DNA of 64,000 bases. Source: Gammaproteobacteria bacterium (lineage in GTDB: Bacteria > Pseudomonadota > Gammaproteobacteria > Ga0077536). Below are positions 16,752 through 26,782 of this stretch, piece after piece. The notes under the pieces are model-generated. The model did not search any database and was not told the DNA's origin. It saw nothing but the letters and a program-made list of their open reading frames with translations. The position numbers were made by a program, and so were the translations under genes. The DNA is taken from NCBI GenBank assembly GCA_038116745.1, contig JAYODW010000008.1, positions 25,094 to 89,093 of the forward strand, given 5' to 3'. Every line of letters begins with the position of its first letter. Position 1 is the stretch's first letter.

Positions 16752-18113
16752 ATGGACGTTGCTCCCTTCAAAAGTAGTGAAGAGAACCTGTTCTCGCTTC
16801 TTCTTGGCGGGGACATCCTCATGCTTCTACTCGTGGTGACCGGCCTCGGTGAGGCGGTCTCCCACTCTGAATCCGGCCTGTGGATGCCAGCGCTGCTGTT
16901 TGTCTGCGTGACGGTGCTCACGTCCTCAATTCTGGATCTCTACACGCCGATCGCACCTGACAAAACAAAATCGCCGCTGGGTCAGGCGCTGCTTGCGATC
17001 AGTATTCCCGTGGTCGTCACGATGCTGCTATTCAGTCAGCAGCCCTCTGATTACCTGTTCTGGGGCCTTGTGGGGTGTGCCTTTCTCGTGCTTCAACGTG
17101 GCTGGCGTGCTGCGGTCAACGCCCTTCTGAACCGACAGGTATTTCTGAAGCACGTTCTGGTGATCGGCACCTCGGACCGAGCGCTGGAAGCGCGCAGACT
17201 GGTCGAGCTGTCCCGCACCCATGATTTCTCCGGTTTCGTCCAATCGACTTACGACCTGCGCAGCGATGAACTGAACGAGGAAGATATCGTCTGCGACATC
17301 GACGAGATAGCGGAATACGTTTCGAGTCATCCAGTCGACATCATCGTTAACGCGCTAAAGGAACGCCGCGGAAACCTGCCGACGGCGCAGCTGTTGCGCT
17401 GCAAATTACTGGGCGCAGCGACCGTCGATTTCCCCACGTTCTATGAACACATGGCGGGCAAGCTGCCGGTCGAAGACATGAATCCGAGCTGGCTGGTTTT
17501 CAACAGCGGTTTTCACGTCCCGCGATTGAGCCGCCTGGTCAAGCGCTGGTGGGACATTCTGCTGGCGGCGATAGGTCTCGCCATCAGCCTGCCGCTGCTG
17601 CCGCTGATTGCTGTGGCCGTGAAGCTGACCTCGCCCGGTCCGGTTCTCTACCAGCAGACCCGTATCGGCGAAGGCGGCAAGACATTCACAATCCTTAAAT
17701 TCCGCAGCATGCGCTCAGACGCTGAAGCGAGTACCGGTGCCGTCATGTCCAAGCCGGGCGACCCGCGCATTACGCCCTTCGGCCAATTCCTGCGCCGATC
17801 CCGTCTGGATGAGCTGCCGCAGCTGTTTAATATTCTACGTGGCGACATGAGCTTTATCGGACCGCGACCGGAGCGCCCGGAATTTGTGGAGGAAATCGTT
17901 AAATCGACGCCGTACTACGTTGAACGGCACTTCATCAAGCCCGGGCTGACCGGCTGGGCGCAAATCAAGTATCCCTACGGCGACTCTCTCGGAGACACCG
18001 TGGAAAAGCTTCGCTATGACCTTTACTACATCAATAATTTTAATTTTCTGCTTGACGTATTTATCCTTCTGGAGACGGTAAAAGTCGTGCTGAAACAGAA
18101 ATACGGGCGCTGA
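16752..18113 (+). CDS. Polyprenyl glycosylphosphotransferase (priming sugar transferase, TIGR03013/TIGR03025-like)
   Basis: N-terminal TM helices, then KFRSM, LRRSRLDELPQLFNILRGDMSFIGPRPERP, KPGLTGWAQ and KLRYDLYY. Confidence 0.93.
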   Translation: MDVAPFKSSEENLFSLLLGGDILMLLLVVTGLGEAVSHSESGLWMPALLFVCVTVLTSSILDLYTPIAPDKTKSPLGQALLAISIPVVVTMLLFSQQPSDYLFWGLVGCAFLVLQRGWRAAVNALLNRQVFLKHVLVIGTSDRALEARRLVELSRTHDFSGFVQSTYDLRSDELNEEDIVCDIDEIAEYVSSHPVDIIVNALKERRGNLPTAQLLRCKLLGAATVDFPTFYEHMAGKLPVEDMNPSWLVFNSGFHVPRLSRLVKRWWDILLAAIGLAISLPLLPLIAVAVKLTSPGPVLYQQTRIGEGGKTFTILKFRSMRSDAEASTGAVMSKPGDPRITPFGQFLRRSRLDELPQLFNILRGDMSFIGPRPERPEFVEEIVKSTPYYVERHFIKPGLTGWAQIKYPYGDSLGDTVEKLRYDLYYINNFNFLLDVFILLETVKVVLKQKYGR

Positions 18114-18116
18114 AAC

Positions 18117-18782
18117 GTGGTTGAAATCACTCCGGATCTCGGCAAGCGGCTTTTCATTGAACTGGGCAGTGACCTCATCGTTGAAGTCGACGCCGACGGC
18201 ACTCGGATTCCCTGCACCTTTCTCGGCATGCGGGTGGGGGCATACCTCATCGCTCGGCCAGGCGCGGAAGGCCTTTTATTGGAGCACATTCGCGACAAGC
18301 AGCTGACCCTGAAGTACTACCAGAATGGAGAGGTACTCGGCTTCACCTGCCGCCTCGTCGGCCACGTGGAAACGCCCGAACCCTTGTGTTTCTTCGAATA
18401 CCCCCGAGCCATCACCAACTTCAATATCCGTCGGCAACATCGCTACGACTGCTTCGTGCCGGGCTCCTTGAGCATCGCGCACGCGGTGGTCGGATGCGCC
18501 ATTGTCAACATCAGCCGGGACGGATGCATGTGCCGGGTGAGCGACTTCCGGCTGAGCGATACGAGCGATCCCGGGCCGGTAACGCTGAGCCTCGAGGACG
18601 AGCAGACCGGCGCGGTCGTGGAGGTTTCCGGCCTTATTCGCAGCTGGAAACAATCGGAACAGTCGGCCGACCTGGGGATCCAGTTCACCGGACGTAATCT
18701 GGCTTTCGACGTGGCCCTGCACGCCATGGTGCCGCGTCTGAGCGAGCATAAAGATGGCGGAGAATCGGAATCCGCCAGCTAA
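18117..18782 (+). CDS. PilZ-domain (flagellar-brake-like) c-di-GMP receptor
   Basis: N-terminal PilZN-like domain, RRQHR (RxxxR) and NISRDG (D/NxSxxG) motifs. Confidence 0.85.
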   Translation: MVEITPDLGKRLFIELGSDLIVEVDADGTRIPCTFLGMRVGAYLIARPGAEGLLLEHIRDKQLTLKYYQNGEVLGFTCRLVGHVETPEPLCFFEYPRAITNFNIRRQHRYDCFVPGSLSIAHAVVGCAIVNISRDGCMCRVSDFRLSDTSDPGPVTLSLEDEQTGAVVEVSGLIRSWKQSEQSADLGIQFTGRNLAFDVALHAMVPRLSEHKDGGESESAS

Positions 18783-19132
18783 GGCGTGCTCGAAACCACT
18801 GGCGTCTGCCGAAACACACGCCTATACTCGCGCGTCCCGGCGTCGATCGGCGCCTGCTTGAGAGCCATACCCTGCACCGGTGCCCCCGAATTTACGTTCA
18901 TCAAGCCTTGAGGTAATCCAACCTCAAGCGCGTGGTCCGAAAAATCCGGACGCGCTGCAAGCAGAGATAACTCAGGAATCAACCACCCCGTCACGAACCG
19001 CTCGTCCCGGATCTGCCCTGGTATACAGGCGTCGGGCGATGGAATCGCGGCGGGATGGACATCGCTATCACGTTCAGTGTGTTGGAGCGCAGATAGTGCA
19101 ACGGCGACAGCACACAGATTGAGGATAGCAAT

Positions 19133-19408
19133 ATGATGAATCTCTACGTAGGCAACCTGCCTTACAGCGCCACCGAAGACGACCTGCGCAATGCGTTTGC
19201 GGCTTTCGGCGAGGTTTCCAGGGTCAGCGTTGTCATGGACAAATTTTCGGGCCGTTCGAAGGGTTTCGCGTTTGTCGAAATGCCTGACTCGTCAGCTGCG
19301 GACGCGGCCATCAAGGCTCTGAACGAGTCCAACATGGGTGGACGTAACATTAAGGTCAATGAGGCCCGGCCGCGCACGGAGCGCCCGCCGCGCGGTCCTC
19401 GCTACTGA
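19133..19408 (+). CDS. RRM (RNP-1) RNA-binding protein
   Basis: LYVGNL (RNP2), KGFAFVEM (RNP1), KVNEARPR. GAGGA RBS. Confidence 0.95.
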   Translation: MMNLYVGNLPYSATEDDLRNAFAAFGEVSRVSVVMDKFSGRSKGFAFVEMPDSSAADAAIKALNESNMGGRNIKVNEARPRTERPPRGPRY

Positions 19409-19457
19409 GCCCACCCGCTCGGTTCGTTGCCAGTGAGGACGGGCTCAGCGCCCGCCT

Positions 19458-20219
19458 TCACTGCGCAACCCAGCCGCCATCGACCGGCAGCGCCACGCCG
19501 GTCACATAGCTCGACCGGTCGGAAAGCAGCCACGTCACCGCGTCCGCTATTTCAGTCGGGCCGGCCACACGCCTCATCGGCACCGTACCGATCAGCTGAT
19601 CACGGATTTTTACACTCGCATCAGTGACCCGGTTCAGCATCGGGGTATCGATGAAACCCGGGCAGACCGCGTTCACACGCACCTTCCTGGACGCGTACTC
19701 CAGGGCTACGGTCTTGGTCAGCCCGACCACACCGTGCTTGGCTGAGTTGTAACCCGCTGCTCCGGGGATCCCGATCAGGCCGGCCGCAGACGCTGTGCTG
19801 ACAATGCTGCCACCCCCGCCCTGTTTGACCATCTGCGCAATCTCACACTTCATGCAAATGAAAACGCCGGTCAGGTTGACCCGCATGACCCGTTCCCAGT
19901 CCTCCACCGACAGATCCAGAATTTTCGCCGTTGGACCCTCAATCCCCGCATTGTTGAATGCACCGTCAAGGCTGCCGTAGCGCTGCACAACGCCGTCTAT
20001 CAGGGCGCTCATACCAGCGAAATCGGCGACGTCGGCATGGTGGTACTCGGCTTGACCCCCTGCCTGGACAATGGTCTCGACTGTCTCCTGCCCGGCGACA
20101 TCCTGCAGGTCGGCCACGACAACCCTGGCACCCTCAGCGGCTAACGTCGTCGCCGTCGCACGACCAATGCCGGTGCTGCCACCGGTTACCAGAATCGTTT
20201 TCTCATGCAGCAAAGCCAT
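19458..20219 (-). CDS. SDR family oxidoreductase
   Basis: TGGSTGIG, NNAG, YNSAK, PGFIDT and VDGG motifs. ATG 20219 follows a GGAGG RBS. Confidence 0.93.
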   Translation of the reverse strand: MALLHEKTILVTGGSTGIGRATATTLAAEGARVVVADLQDVAGQETVETIVQAGGQAEYHHADVADFAGMSALIDGVVQRYGSLDGAFNNAGIEGPTAKILDLSVEDWERVMRVNLTGVFICMKCEIAQMVKQGGGGSIVSTASAAGLIGIPGAAGYNSAKHGVVGLTKTVALEYASRKVRVNAVCPGFIDTPMLNRVTDASVKIRDQLIGTVPMRRVAGPTEIADAVTWLLSDRSSYVTGVALPVDGGWVAQ

Positions 20220-20364
20220 GTGCTGTTCCTCCCGTCGTACTGTGCATCGGGACCGCCCATCGGTCCGCACGCTGATGCGAGTGGTCTATCCTACGCAGAG
20301 CGGGGAAAAACCGTCGAGTCAGCGACAACCCAGCTCAATAACCGATCCACGCAGGAGACCTTCT

Positions 20365-20820
20365 ATGACGCCGGAAGACATCGTCCAGACACTGTGGGAT
20401 CGGGAAATGATCCGCGAGCTGACCTATGCCTATGGACTGGCGATCGAAGCGCAGGATGAAGAGCGCATGGCCGCCTTGTTTCTTCCCGATGGCTCAGTCG
20501 ACTTCAGTTCGCTCGGACGCGGGGTGATCCAGGGCCACGAGGCGCTCAAGAGTTTTTATCGAGAAACCTGGCCGCTGCGGGTGCGACCGTTCTTTACCAA
20601 TCACGTGATTCAGGTGGATGGCGATCGCGCATCGGGAATTTGCTCACTGGAGAACCGGGCTACCCGGGACGGAATCAGCCTGATCGGGGCGGGGCGCCTG
20701 CATGACACCTATGCGCGGATCGACGGGGAGTGGAAATTCGCAACCCGTCGGGTCGAAATGTTCTACTTCGTGCCCCTGACCGAGGGCTGGGCCGGCCAGG
20801 ACGGTCCCGGCCGGCTCTGA
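20365..20820 (+). CDS. SnoaL-like / NTF2 family protein
   Basis: DREMIRELTYAY...VDGDRA...YARIDGEWKFATR pattern. AGGAG RBS. Confidence 0.85.
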   Translation: MTPEDIVQTLWDREMIRELTYAYGLAIEAQDEERMAALFLPDGSVDFSSLGRGVIQGHEALKSFYRETWPLRVRPFFTNHVIQVDGDRASGICSLENRATRDGISLIGAGRLHDTYARIDGEWKFATRRVEMFYFVPLTEGWAGQDGPGRL

Positions 20821-20850
20821 GCGCGCCGCCGCATGACTGACTTGTCTGCG

Positions 20851-22074
20851 CTACTCCACAAAGGCGCTTAGTCGTGGCGTTACCCGCAGGTGCTGCGGGA
20901 TGTGGTCTCGACCGAGCCGTCGGTCGAGCTCCTCATGCCAGTGATAGATGCGCCGCTCCTGGTAGGAAAGGGCTACACCTGTAAACCCCGGCGACTCGAT
21001 AGTTGCCTGCATTGGTTCAGCCAGCTGGATGTCTTCGTCGAGAATGCGCTGAAAATTCGCGATTCGCGTCGGCCACAGCTCAGCGTGGGCACCGCCGTCC
21101 CCATCGGGCGCAAACCACATGACGTCCAGCACGCTGCGCTTCCGCCCTACCGGCCAGATCGCGACGCAGGGGACCGCCGTCGCAGCGATCGGCACAATAA
21201 GATTCGGGAACACGCAGTAGCTTGGGTTGTGCTCGCGCTCAATCGCGGTTGCGCCATGCAACTCCACTGCTCCCACGGCGCCGGGGTCAACCCAGTCAGC
21301 TCGACGATGCGGCGACAGCATGACCGAGTGTCCGTTTCGCCACAGGTGAATGCTCGTGCCCTGGTTATCAAAGATGCGGTGGGTGGTGCGCGGATGCAGG
21401 AGGTTGAAGTGGTAGGCCTCCAGGAAGTTGTCGACGAGAACTTTGTAGTGGCAGTTGATCTCCTTCGAATACCGCTCGACCAGACGCAGGCTCGCCAGCG
21501 AGAGATGTGCCCAGAAGCGCACCACCGGCTGCAGAAATCGCTCAAGCGGCTCCGCTTCTGGGTCCTCATTAATAAACAGCCAGTTAGCGAAGCGCTCGCA
21601 GCGGACCGGCGTCAGGCCGCGGCAGGACGCGTCAAACCCATGCCAGTCGCGCGGCTCGGTCACGCTCCGCAGGGCACCGGCGCGGTCGTAGCTCCATCCG
21701 TGATAGCCGCACACGAGGCGCGCTCCCGCGGTGCCTCGCGGATCACGCAGCACCGGTGCGCCTCGATGCCGGCAGGTGTTGTAGAACGCCCGAATTTCAT
21801 CGTCATCACCACGGACGACGACGATGGGCGCCCGTCCGTGTTGCCATAGAAAGTAGCTGCCTGAAACCGGCAGTTCGTCTACGTGCCCGGCATAGAGCCA
21901 GGTCTGCCCCCACAAGCGTTGACGCTCCAGAGCGAAAAACGCCGGGTCGGTATAGCGCCCCGCCGGCAAGTCACTCAGGGTAGGAAAACCTGGCGGCGGC
22001 GCGGTCCGCTTACGCTCGGCCGCAACCCGCTGCATCCAGTTCTCAACCGTGGCGCGGTCCAGGCCCGGGCTCAT
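20851..22074 (-). CDS. Rieske non-heme iron oxygenase alpha subunit
   Basis: CRH...CGYH Rieske ligands, NFLEAYHFNLLH mononuclear Fe motif and a C-terminal DED. Confidence 0.92.
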   Translation of the reverse strand: MSPGLDRATVENWMQRVAAERKRTAPPPGFPTLSDLPAGRYTDPAFFALERQRLWGQTWLYAGHVDELPVSGSYFLWQHGRAPIVVVRGDDDEIRAFYNTCRHRGAPVLRDPRGTAGARLVCGYHGWSYDRAGALRSVTEPRDWHGFDASCRGLTPVRCERFANWLFINEDPEAEPLERFLQPVVRFWAHLSLASLRLVERYSKEINCHYKVLVDNFLEAYHFNLLHPRTTHRIFDNQGTSIHLWRNGHSVMLSPHRRADWVDPGAVGAVELHGATAIEREHNPSYCVFPNLIVPIAATAVPCVAIWPVGRKRSVLDVMWFAPDGDGGAHAELWPTRIANFQRILDEDIQLAEPMQATIESPGFTGVALSYQERRIYHWHEELDRRLGRDHIPQHLRVTPRLSAFVE

Positions 22075-22084
22075 GTCCCAAGCC

Positions 22085-22873
22085 TCATGCAGCGACGGGT
22101 TCCAGCAGAGCGGACGCTGGCGCGGGCGAGAGTGGCGCGAAATCACGTGCCGCGAAATGCTCAGCCCGCGTGGGACGCGCGATGGCATTGTCCACCCGGT
22201 TATAGCTCAGGTAGACCAGATGCCGGGGAAAAGGCGACAGGTTCGGCCCCGAAGCGTGCGCGATACAGCTGTCAAAAATCGTCACTGAACCCGGCGGTCC
22301 CTTGGGCGCCACAAGCCCTCCGCGTGCTGCCAACTGCGACACGGTCATGTCGGACAGGCTGGGGATCGGCGTCGTGCCCGGTACTTCCAGCACCTCGTAG
22401 TCGATCAGCCCGTCACGGTGCGATCCGGGTATGTAGACAATAGGGCCGTTGAACTCGTTGATCTCATTCAGATAAATGCCAATGCTCACCGCACGCGGCT
22501 GAGGCATGCCGTCATGAAGCTTCCACGGTGCATAGTCCTGATGCCAGGGCAGGCTCAGACGTCCGAAGGGCTGCTTGAGAATGATCTTGTACTGGTGGCA
22601 GTAAAGTGGCCCCCCAAGCAGCTGTTCGGCAAGCGTCAGCAGACGCTCATCGCTCAACAGACGCGCGAACAGCTCACTATGGCGCTGCATCGCGGTGGTG
22701 CCGAGAAACTCTCCGCTGTCCGCGCGCAGATGGGTATCCAGAACCTGCCGGAACAGGAGCTCCTGTTCGACGTACAGGGCGGCGACCTCCGCCGCGGAAA
22801 ACAGCTCAGGCAGGAAAACCAGGCCATCGGACCGATAGCAGTCGAGCTGCGACCGCGTCAGCCGCACGGACAC
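22085..22873 (-). CDS. Phytanoyl-CoA dioxygenase (PhyH) family Fe(II)/2OG hydroxylase
   Basis: WHQD (HxD), PGSH and HASGPNLS..PR motifs. Confidence 0.88.
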   Translation of the reverse strand: MSVRLTRSQLDCYRSDGLVFLPELFSAAEVAALYVEQELLFRQVLDTHLRADSGEFLGTTAMQRHSELFARLLSDERLLTLAEQLLGGPLYCHQYKIILKQPFGRLSLPWHQDYAPWKLHDGMPQPRAVSIGIYLNEINEFNGPIVYIPGSHRDGLIDYEVLEVPGTTPIPSLSDMTVSQLAARGGLVAPKGPPGSVTIFDSCIAHASGPNLSPFPRHLVYLSYNRVDNAIARPTRAEHFAARDFAPLSPAPASALLEPVAA

Positions 22874-22907
22874 AGCTCAACAGATTGCCAGCACAATATT
22901 TTTGAGT

Positions 22908-23180
22908 TCAGGGGGTGATGCGCGACACCAGAACACGCGCGCCCTGCGGCCCGTACTGCTCGCAATGCGGGATCCCGCTATCCAGCGAAAACTCGTCACC
23001 CGCACAGCAGGTAGTCGTACCGTCGTCGGTGATGACGCTGATCTGACCGTCAAGCACCAACGCTTTGACCGAGAAATCGTGGGTATGGCGCTCATTGAAA
23101 AGGTTGGCTTCGCGCTCGATCAGCTCGGGTTCCGGATACCCGCCGGCGGCTAGCGAAGCTCTGAAGCTGTCTTCGTTCAT
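22908..23180 (-). CDS. Small cupin domain protein
   Basis: HTHDF...LVLDG...PHCEQYGPQGA cupin pattern. ATG 23180. Confidence 0.8.
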   Translation of the reverse strand: MNEDSFRASLAAGGYPEPELIEREANLFNERHTHDFSVKALVLDGQISVITDDGTTTCCAGDEFSLDSGIPHCEQYGPQGARVLVSRITP

Positions 23181-23274
23181 GGTCGTGACCTTGTACAGGG
23201 GGGCGGCAAAACTATACAACAGGGCGGGCGGAAAACACGTAGCCAGGACGCGGGCACCAAGGGAGGGCAGAGAC

Positions 23275-24741
23275 ATGAAAAACAGCGAGGCCGACCAACA
23301 TCATCAGGTGATTGTGATCGGCGCCGGGCCAGGCGGGATCTGTACCGCAGTAAAACTGCGTGAAGCGGGTATCGAGGATTTCATCCTGCTGGAGAAAGCG
23401 GATGGCGTCGGTGGCACCTGGTGGCACAACCGCTATCCCGGCGCAGAGTGCGACGTTAAATCGCATCTCTACTCCTTCTCTTTCGAGATCAAACGCGACT
23501 GGTCGCGGCCCTTCGCCGGTCAGGCGGAAATCCTCGAATACATGCAGCACTGCGCGAAGAAATATGACGTACTGCGGCACTGTCGGTTTGGTCAGCAGGT
23601 CAAAGCTGCGCGCTGGAACGAAGAAGGCGCCCGCTGGGAAGTGGAGACTGCCGATGCCCGGCGCTTTACCTGCAGCTTCCTGGTCAGCGCCATGGGCATG
23701 TTCAACGAACTACAGTGGCCTGACTTTCCCGGGGTTGATGTCTTCAAGGGGACGCTGTTCCACTCCGCACGCTGGGACCACGCGGCGGATATTCGTGGCA
23801 AACGGATAGCGGTGATCGGCTCCGCCGCCAGCGCTGTCCAGTTCGTGCCTGAAATAGCGCCGCACGCAGCCCGCCTGCACCTGTTCCAGCGCACCGCCAA
23901 TTGGGTCGCACCGAAGGAAGACACGCCGTATACGGCCGAAGAGCTGGATCACTACCGGTCCGACCCCGACGCCATTCACGCGTCGCGTCGGCAGATTTAC
24001 GAAGAGCTGAATGGCTTCATTCTGTTCAACAACCCGGAAATTCAGGCCGAAAACGAAGCTGCCGGCCTCGCCAATATCGACGTCGTCGCGGATCCCGAGC
24101 TGCGACGAAAACTCAGGCCGAACCACCCCTTCGGCTGCAAGCGCCCGCTGTTTTCCAATCGTTACTATCCGGTTTTCAATCTGCCCCAGGTAGAACTGGT
24201 CACTGATCCCATCGAACGCATCACTGAAACCGGTGTGATGACCCGAGACGGCGTCGAGCGTGAAGTGGATGTCGTGGTCATCGCCACCGGCTTTCAGGTC
24301 GGGCGCTATCTGTCCGCTATCGAGGTTACCGGGCGCGGGGGACAGGGCATTGAAGACGCCTGGAGCGACGGAGCACAGGCCTACCTAGGCATCACCACCC
24401 ACGGCTTTCCCAATCTGTTCATGCTCTACGGTCCTAACACCAACAACGGGTCGATCCTGTTCATGCTGGAACGTCAGGTCGAATATCTGGTGCGCAAGAT
24501 CCGGCACGTTCAGGCGGCCCGGATTGACTGGATCGACGTCCGTGCGGACATTGAGTCCGATTACAACGCCGACATGCAGCGCGACATCCGCAAAGTCGAA
24601 GTGTGGAAAGCCAACTGCGGCCATTATTACAACGCAGCATCCGGGCGCATGGTTACGCAGTGGCCGCACGATCTGAACGAATACACCGCCCGCACCGGCG
24701 CCAGCGACGAAGCCGCTTACGAAAGCGCGGTTGCCGGCTGA
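23275..24741 (+). CDS. Baeyer-Villiger-type flavin monooxygenase
   Basis: GAGPGG, GGTWWHNRYPG, FKGTLFHSARWDH (FxGxxxHxxxW) and ATGF motifs. Confidence 0.93.
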   Translation: MKNSEADQHHQVIVIGAGPGGICTAVKLREAGIEDFILLEKADGVGGTWWHNRYPGAECDVKSHLYSFSFEIKRDWSRPFAGQAEILEYMQHCAKKYDVLRHCRFGQQVKAARWNEEGARWEVETADARRFTCSFLVSAMGMFNELQWPDFPGVDVFKGTLFHSARWDHAADIRGKRIAVIGSAASAVQFVPEIAPHAARLHLFQRTANWVAPKEDTPYTAEELDHYRSDPDAIHASRRQIYEELNGFILFNNPEIQAENEAAGLANIDVVADPELRRKLRPNHPFGCKRPLFSNRYYPVFNLPQVELVTDPIERITETGVMTRDGVEREVDVVVIATGFQVGRYLSAIEVTGRGGQGIEDAWSDGAQAYLGITTHGFPNLFMLYGPNTNNGSILFMLERQVEYLVRKIRHVQAARIDWIDVRADIESDYNADMQRDIRKVEVWKANCGHYYNAASGRMVTQWPHDLNEYTARTGASDEAAYESAVAG

Positions 24742-24774
24742 CCGCAGACACCCCGGGGAAGGAAGGAAGCTCAC

Positions 24775-25869
24775 ATGAAAATCAAAGCCGCAGTCCATCG
24801 CGCGATTGGCGAACCACTGACCATCGAAGACGTAGACCTCGCCGATCCGGGTCCCGACGAGGTGCTGGTCAAGACGGTCGCCTGTGGTGTCTGCCACAGC
24901 GATCTGCATGCCCTGAACGGCAGCATCATGATCTCACCCTGCCCGCAAATCCTCGGCCATGAGCCGGCGGGCCGGGTGCTGGCGGTCGGGGAACGCGTGC
25001 GCAATGTCGCGCCGGGCGACCACGTCATCGCCTGCACGTCGATTTTCTGCGGCGCCTGCGCGCAGTGCGTGCAGGGCCGTCCGCACCTGTGTGTTGACCG
25101 GGGAGCATGCCAGCGCGGCCCCGACGAAGCGCCCCGGATCAGCAGCAACGGTGAATCGATTTTCCAGTACGCGGACCTCGCCGCTTTCGCCGAGGGTATG
25201 CTGCTCCACCACCGTGCGGTGGTGAAAATTGACCCCGCCATTCCTCTCGATCGCGCGGCCCTGGTCGGCTGCGCGGTAACCACGGGCGTCGGCGCGGCCC
25301 TCAATACCGCACAGGTCACCCCAGGATCCTCGGTCGTCGTTTTCGGCGCCGGCGGTGTCGGCATCTCCATCATCCAGGGCGCCAGGATCGCCGGCGCCCG
25401 CCAGATCATCGCTGTCGACCTGAACGATCAGCGCCTTGCAGCGGCGCTCGAATTCGGCGCAACCGACACCCTCAACGCGGGTCAGGACAACGTGGTGCGC
25501 ACCATTAAAAAGATGACAGGCGGCGGCGCTGAGTTTGCGTTCGAGGCCGTTGGTCTGCCGCAGTTGCTCGAGCAGGCCTTCTACTGCCTCGCGCCACACG
25601 GCACTGCAGTCCTCGTGGGAGCCGTGGCGCACGGCGGACAGGTGTCGGTGAACGCCGGGCATTTCTACCAGGAGAAACGCATCATCGGCTGCATGATGGG
25701 CTCGAACCGCTTCACCCTGGATGCACCGCGCTATCTGGAGCTCTACCGCCAGGGAAGACTGGATCTCGACCGCATGGTGACTCGCCAGGCCCCGCTCGAG
25801 GACGTGAACAAGGCTTTCCGCGCCATGGAAGCCGGTGAAGTCACCCGCACCGTACTGGTGTTCGAGTAA
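24775..25869 (+). CDS. Zn-dependent alcohol dehydrogenase (MDR)
   Basis: CHSD, GHE, CGACAQC...C structural Zn site, GCAVTTG and GAGGVG motifs. Confidence 0.93.
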   Translation: MKIKAAVHRAIGEPLTIEDVDLADPGPDEVLVKTVACGVCHSDLHALNGSIMISPCPQILGHEPAGRVLAVGERVRNVAPGDHVIACTSIFCGACAQCVQGRPHLCVDRGACQRGPDEAPRISSNGESIFQYADLAAFAEGMLLHHRAVVKIDPAIPLDRAALVGCAVTTGVGAALNTAQVTPGSSVVVFGAGGVGISIIQGARIAGARQIIAVDLNDQRLAAALEFGATDTLNAGQDNVVRTIKKMTGGGAEFAFEAVGLPQLLEQAFYCLAPHGTAVLVGAVAHGGQVSVNAGHFYQEKRIIGCMMGSNRFTLDAPRYLELYRQGRLDLDRMVTRQAPLEDVNKAFRAMEAGEVTRTVLVFE

Positions 25870-25959
25870 GCACAGCCTGCTGACCCGTTACCAGCTGCCG
25901 CGGTTCCAGAACCACGGCAGCCTACCCGTTCGCTTTTCTCTATCCGGAGCTTTCCCGCC

Positions 25960-26727
25960 ATGTACAAAAAAGCCAACCCGGTCACACGTCTGTGCACCAG
26001 CGATGTCGACAACATCTGGATCCGCGGCCGCAATCTGTGTGACGAGCTGATCGGACACCTGTCGTTCACCGACTACATCATGTTTCACTTTTTCGGACAG
26101 GAGCCAACGCCCCTGCAACGCACCGTGGTCGACGCCGTGCTGGTCTGCATCATGGAACACGGCATGACGCCCTCGGCCGTCGCCAGCCGCGTGACCTATC
26201 TCGGCGCACCGGAATCGCTGCAGGGTGCGGTCGCCGCAGGTCTGCTGGGCGCTGGCTCGCGCTTTGTCGGCACCGCCGATGAGGCGGCCGTGCTGCTCAA
26301 AACCATCGCCGACACGCCTGAGGACGAGCGCGCGGAGGTCGCACGACAGATTGCCGAGGAGCATGTCTCGGCCAGGAAGTTTCTGCCCGGCTACGGTCAC
26401 CCGATCCATACCAATGGCGATCCCCGGGTTAAGCGCCTCGATGAGGTTGCGCGCGCAGCTGGCGCCGACGGCCGCTATCTCGACGCGATGTTTCTGCTTG
26501 GCGAGGCCATCAAAACCGCAAGTGGCAAAAACATTGTCATCAACGCAAATGCCGCTATCGGCGCCGTGCTGCTCGAGGCCGACATCCCGCCCACAATCGC
26601 GCGGGGCTTCAACCTGATTGCCCGCTGCGCCGGCCTGGTCGGACACCTGCTTGAAGAACAGACCGAGCCGGCCGGGTATTCGATCTGGCATGCGGCCGAG
26701 GCCGCGATTCCGTACGAGGCGCCATGA
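25960..26727 (+). CDS. Citryl-CoA lyase / citrate synthase-like protein
   Basis: IRGRNL, EHGMTPS, PGYGHPIH...DPR and ARCAGLVGH motifs. Confidence 0.85.
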   Translation: MYKKANPVTRLCTSDVDNIWIRGRNLCDELIGHLSFTDYIMFHFFGQEPTPLQRTVVDAVLVCIMEHGMTPSAVASRVTYLGAPESLQGAVAAGLLGAGSRFVGTADEAAVLLKTIADTPEDERAEVARQIAEEHVSARKFLPGYGHPIHTNGDPRVKRLDEVARAAGADGRYLDAMFLLGEAIKTASGKNIVINANAAIGAVLLEADIPPTIARGFNLIARCAGLVGHLLEEQTEPAGYSIWHAAEAAIPYEAP

Positions 26728-26782
26728 TCAACCGGCCGACACCGTCGAAGCATTTGCGCCGATCGCTTAGAATTTAACCTAC

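Noticed and set aside
19405-19448. Inverted repeat ctgagccc...gggctcag between convergent genes
   Set aside because: Only an 8-bp stem with a 28-nt loop and no U-tract, too weak to call a terminator.
22085-22873. Ectoine hydroxylase ectD
   Set aside because: It lacks the EctD signature FxWHSDFETWH (it has LPWHQDYAPW), and no ectABC genes are nearby.
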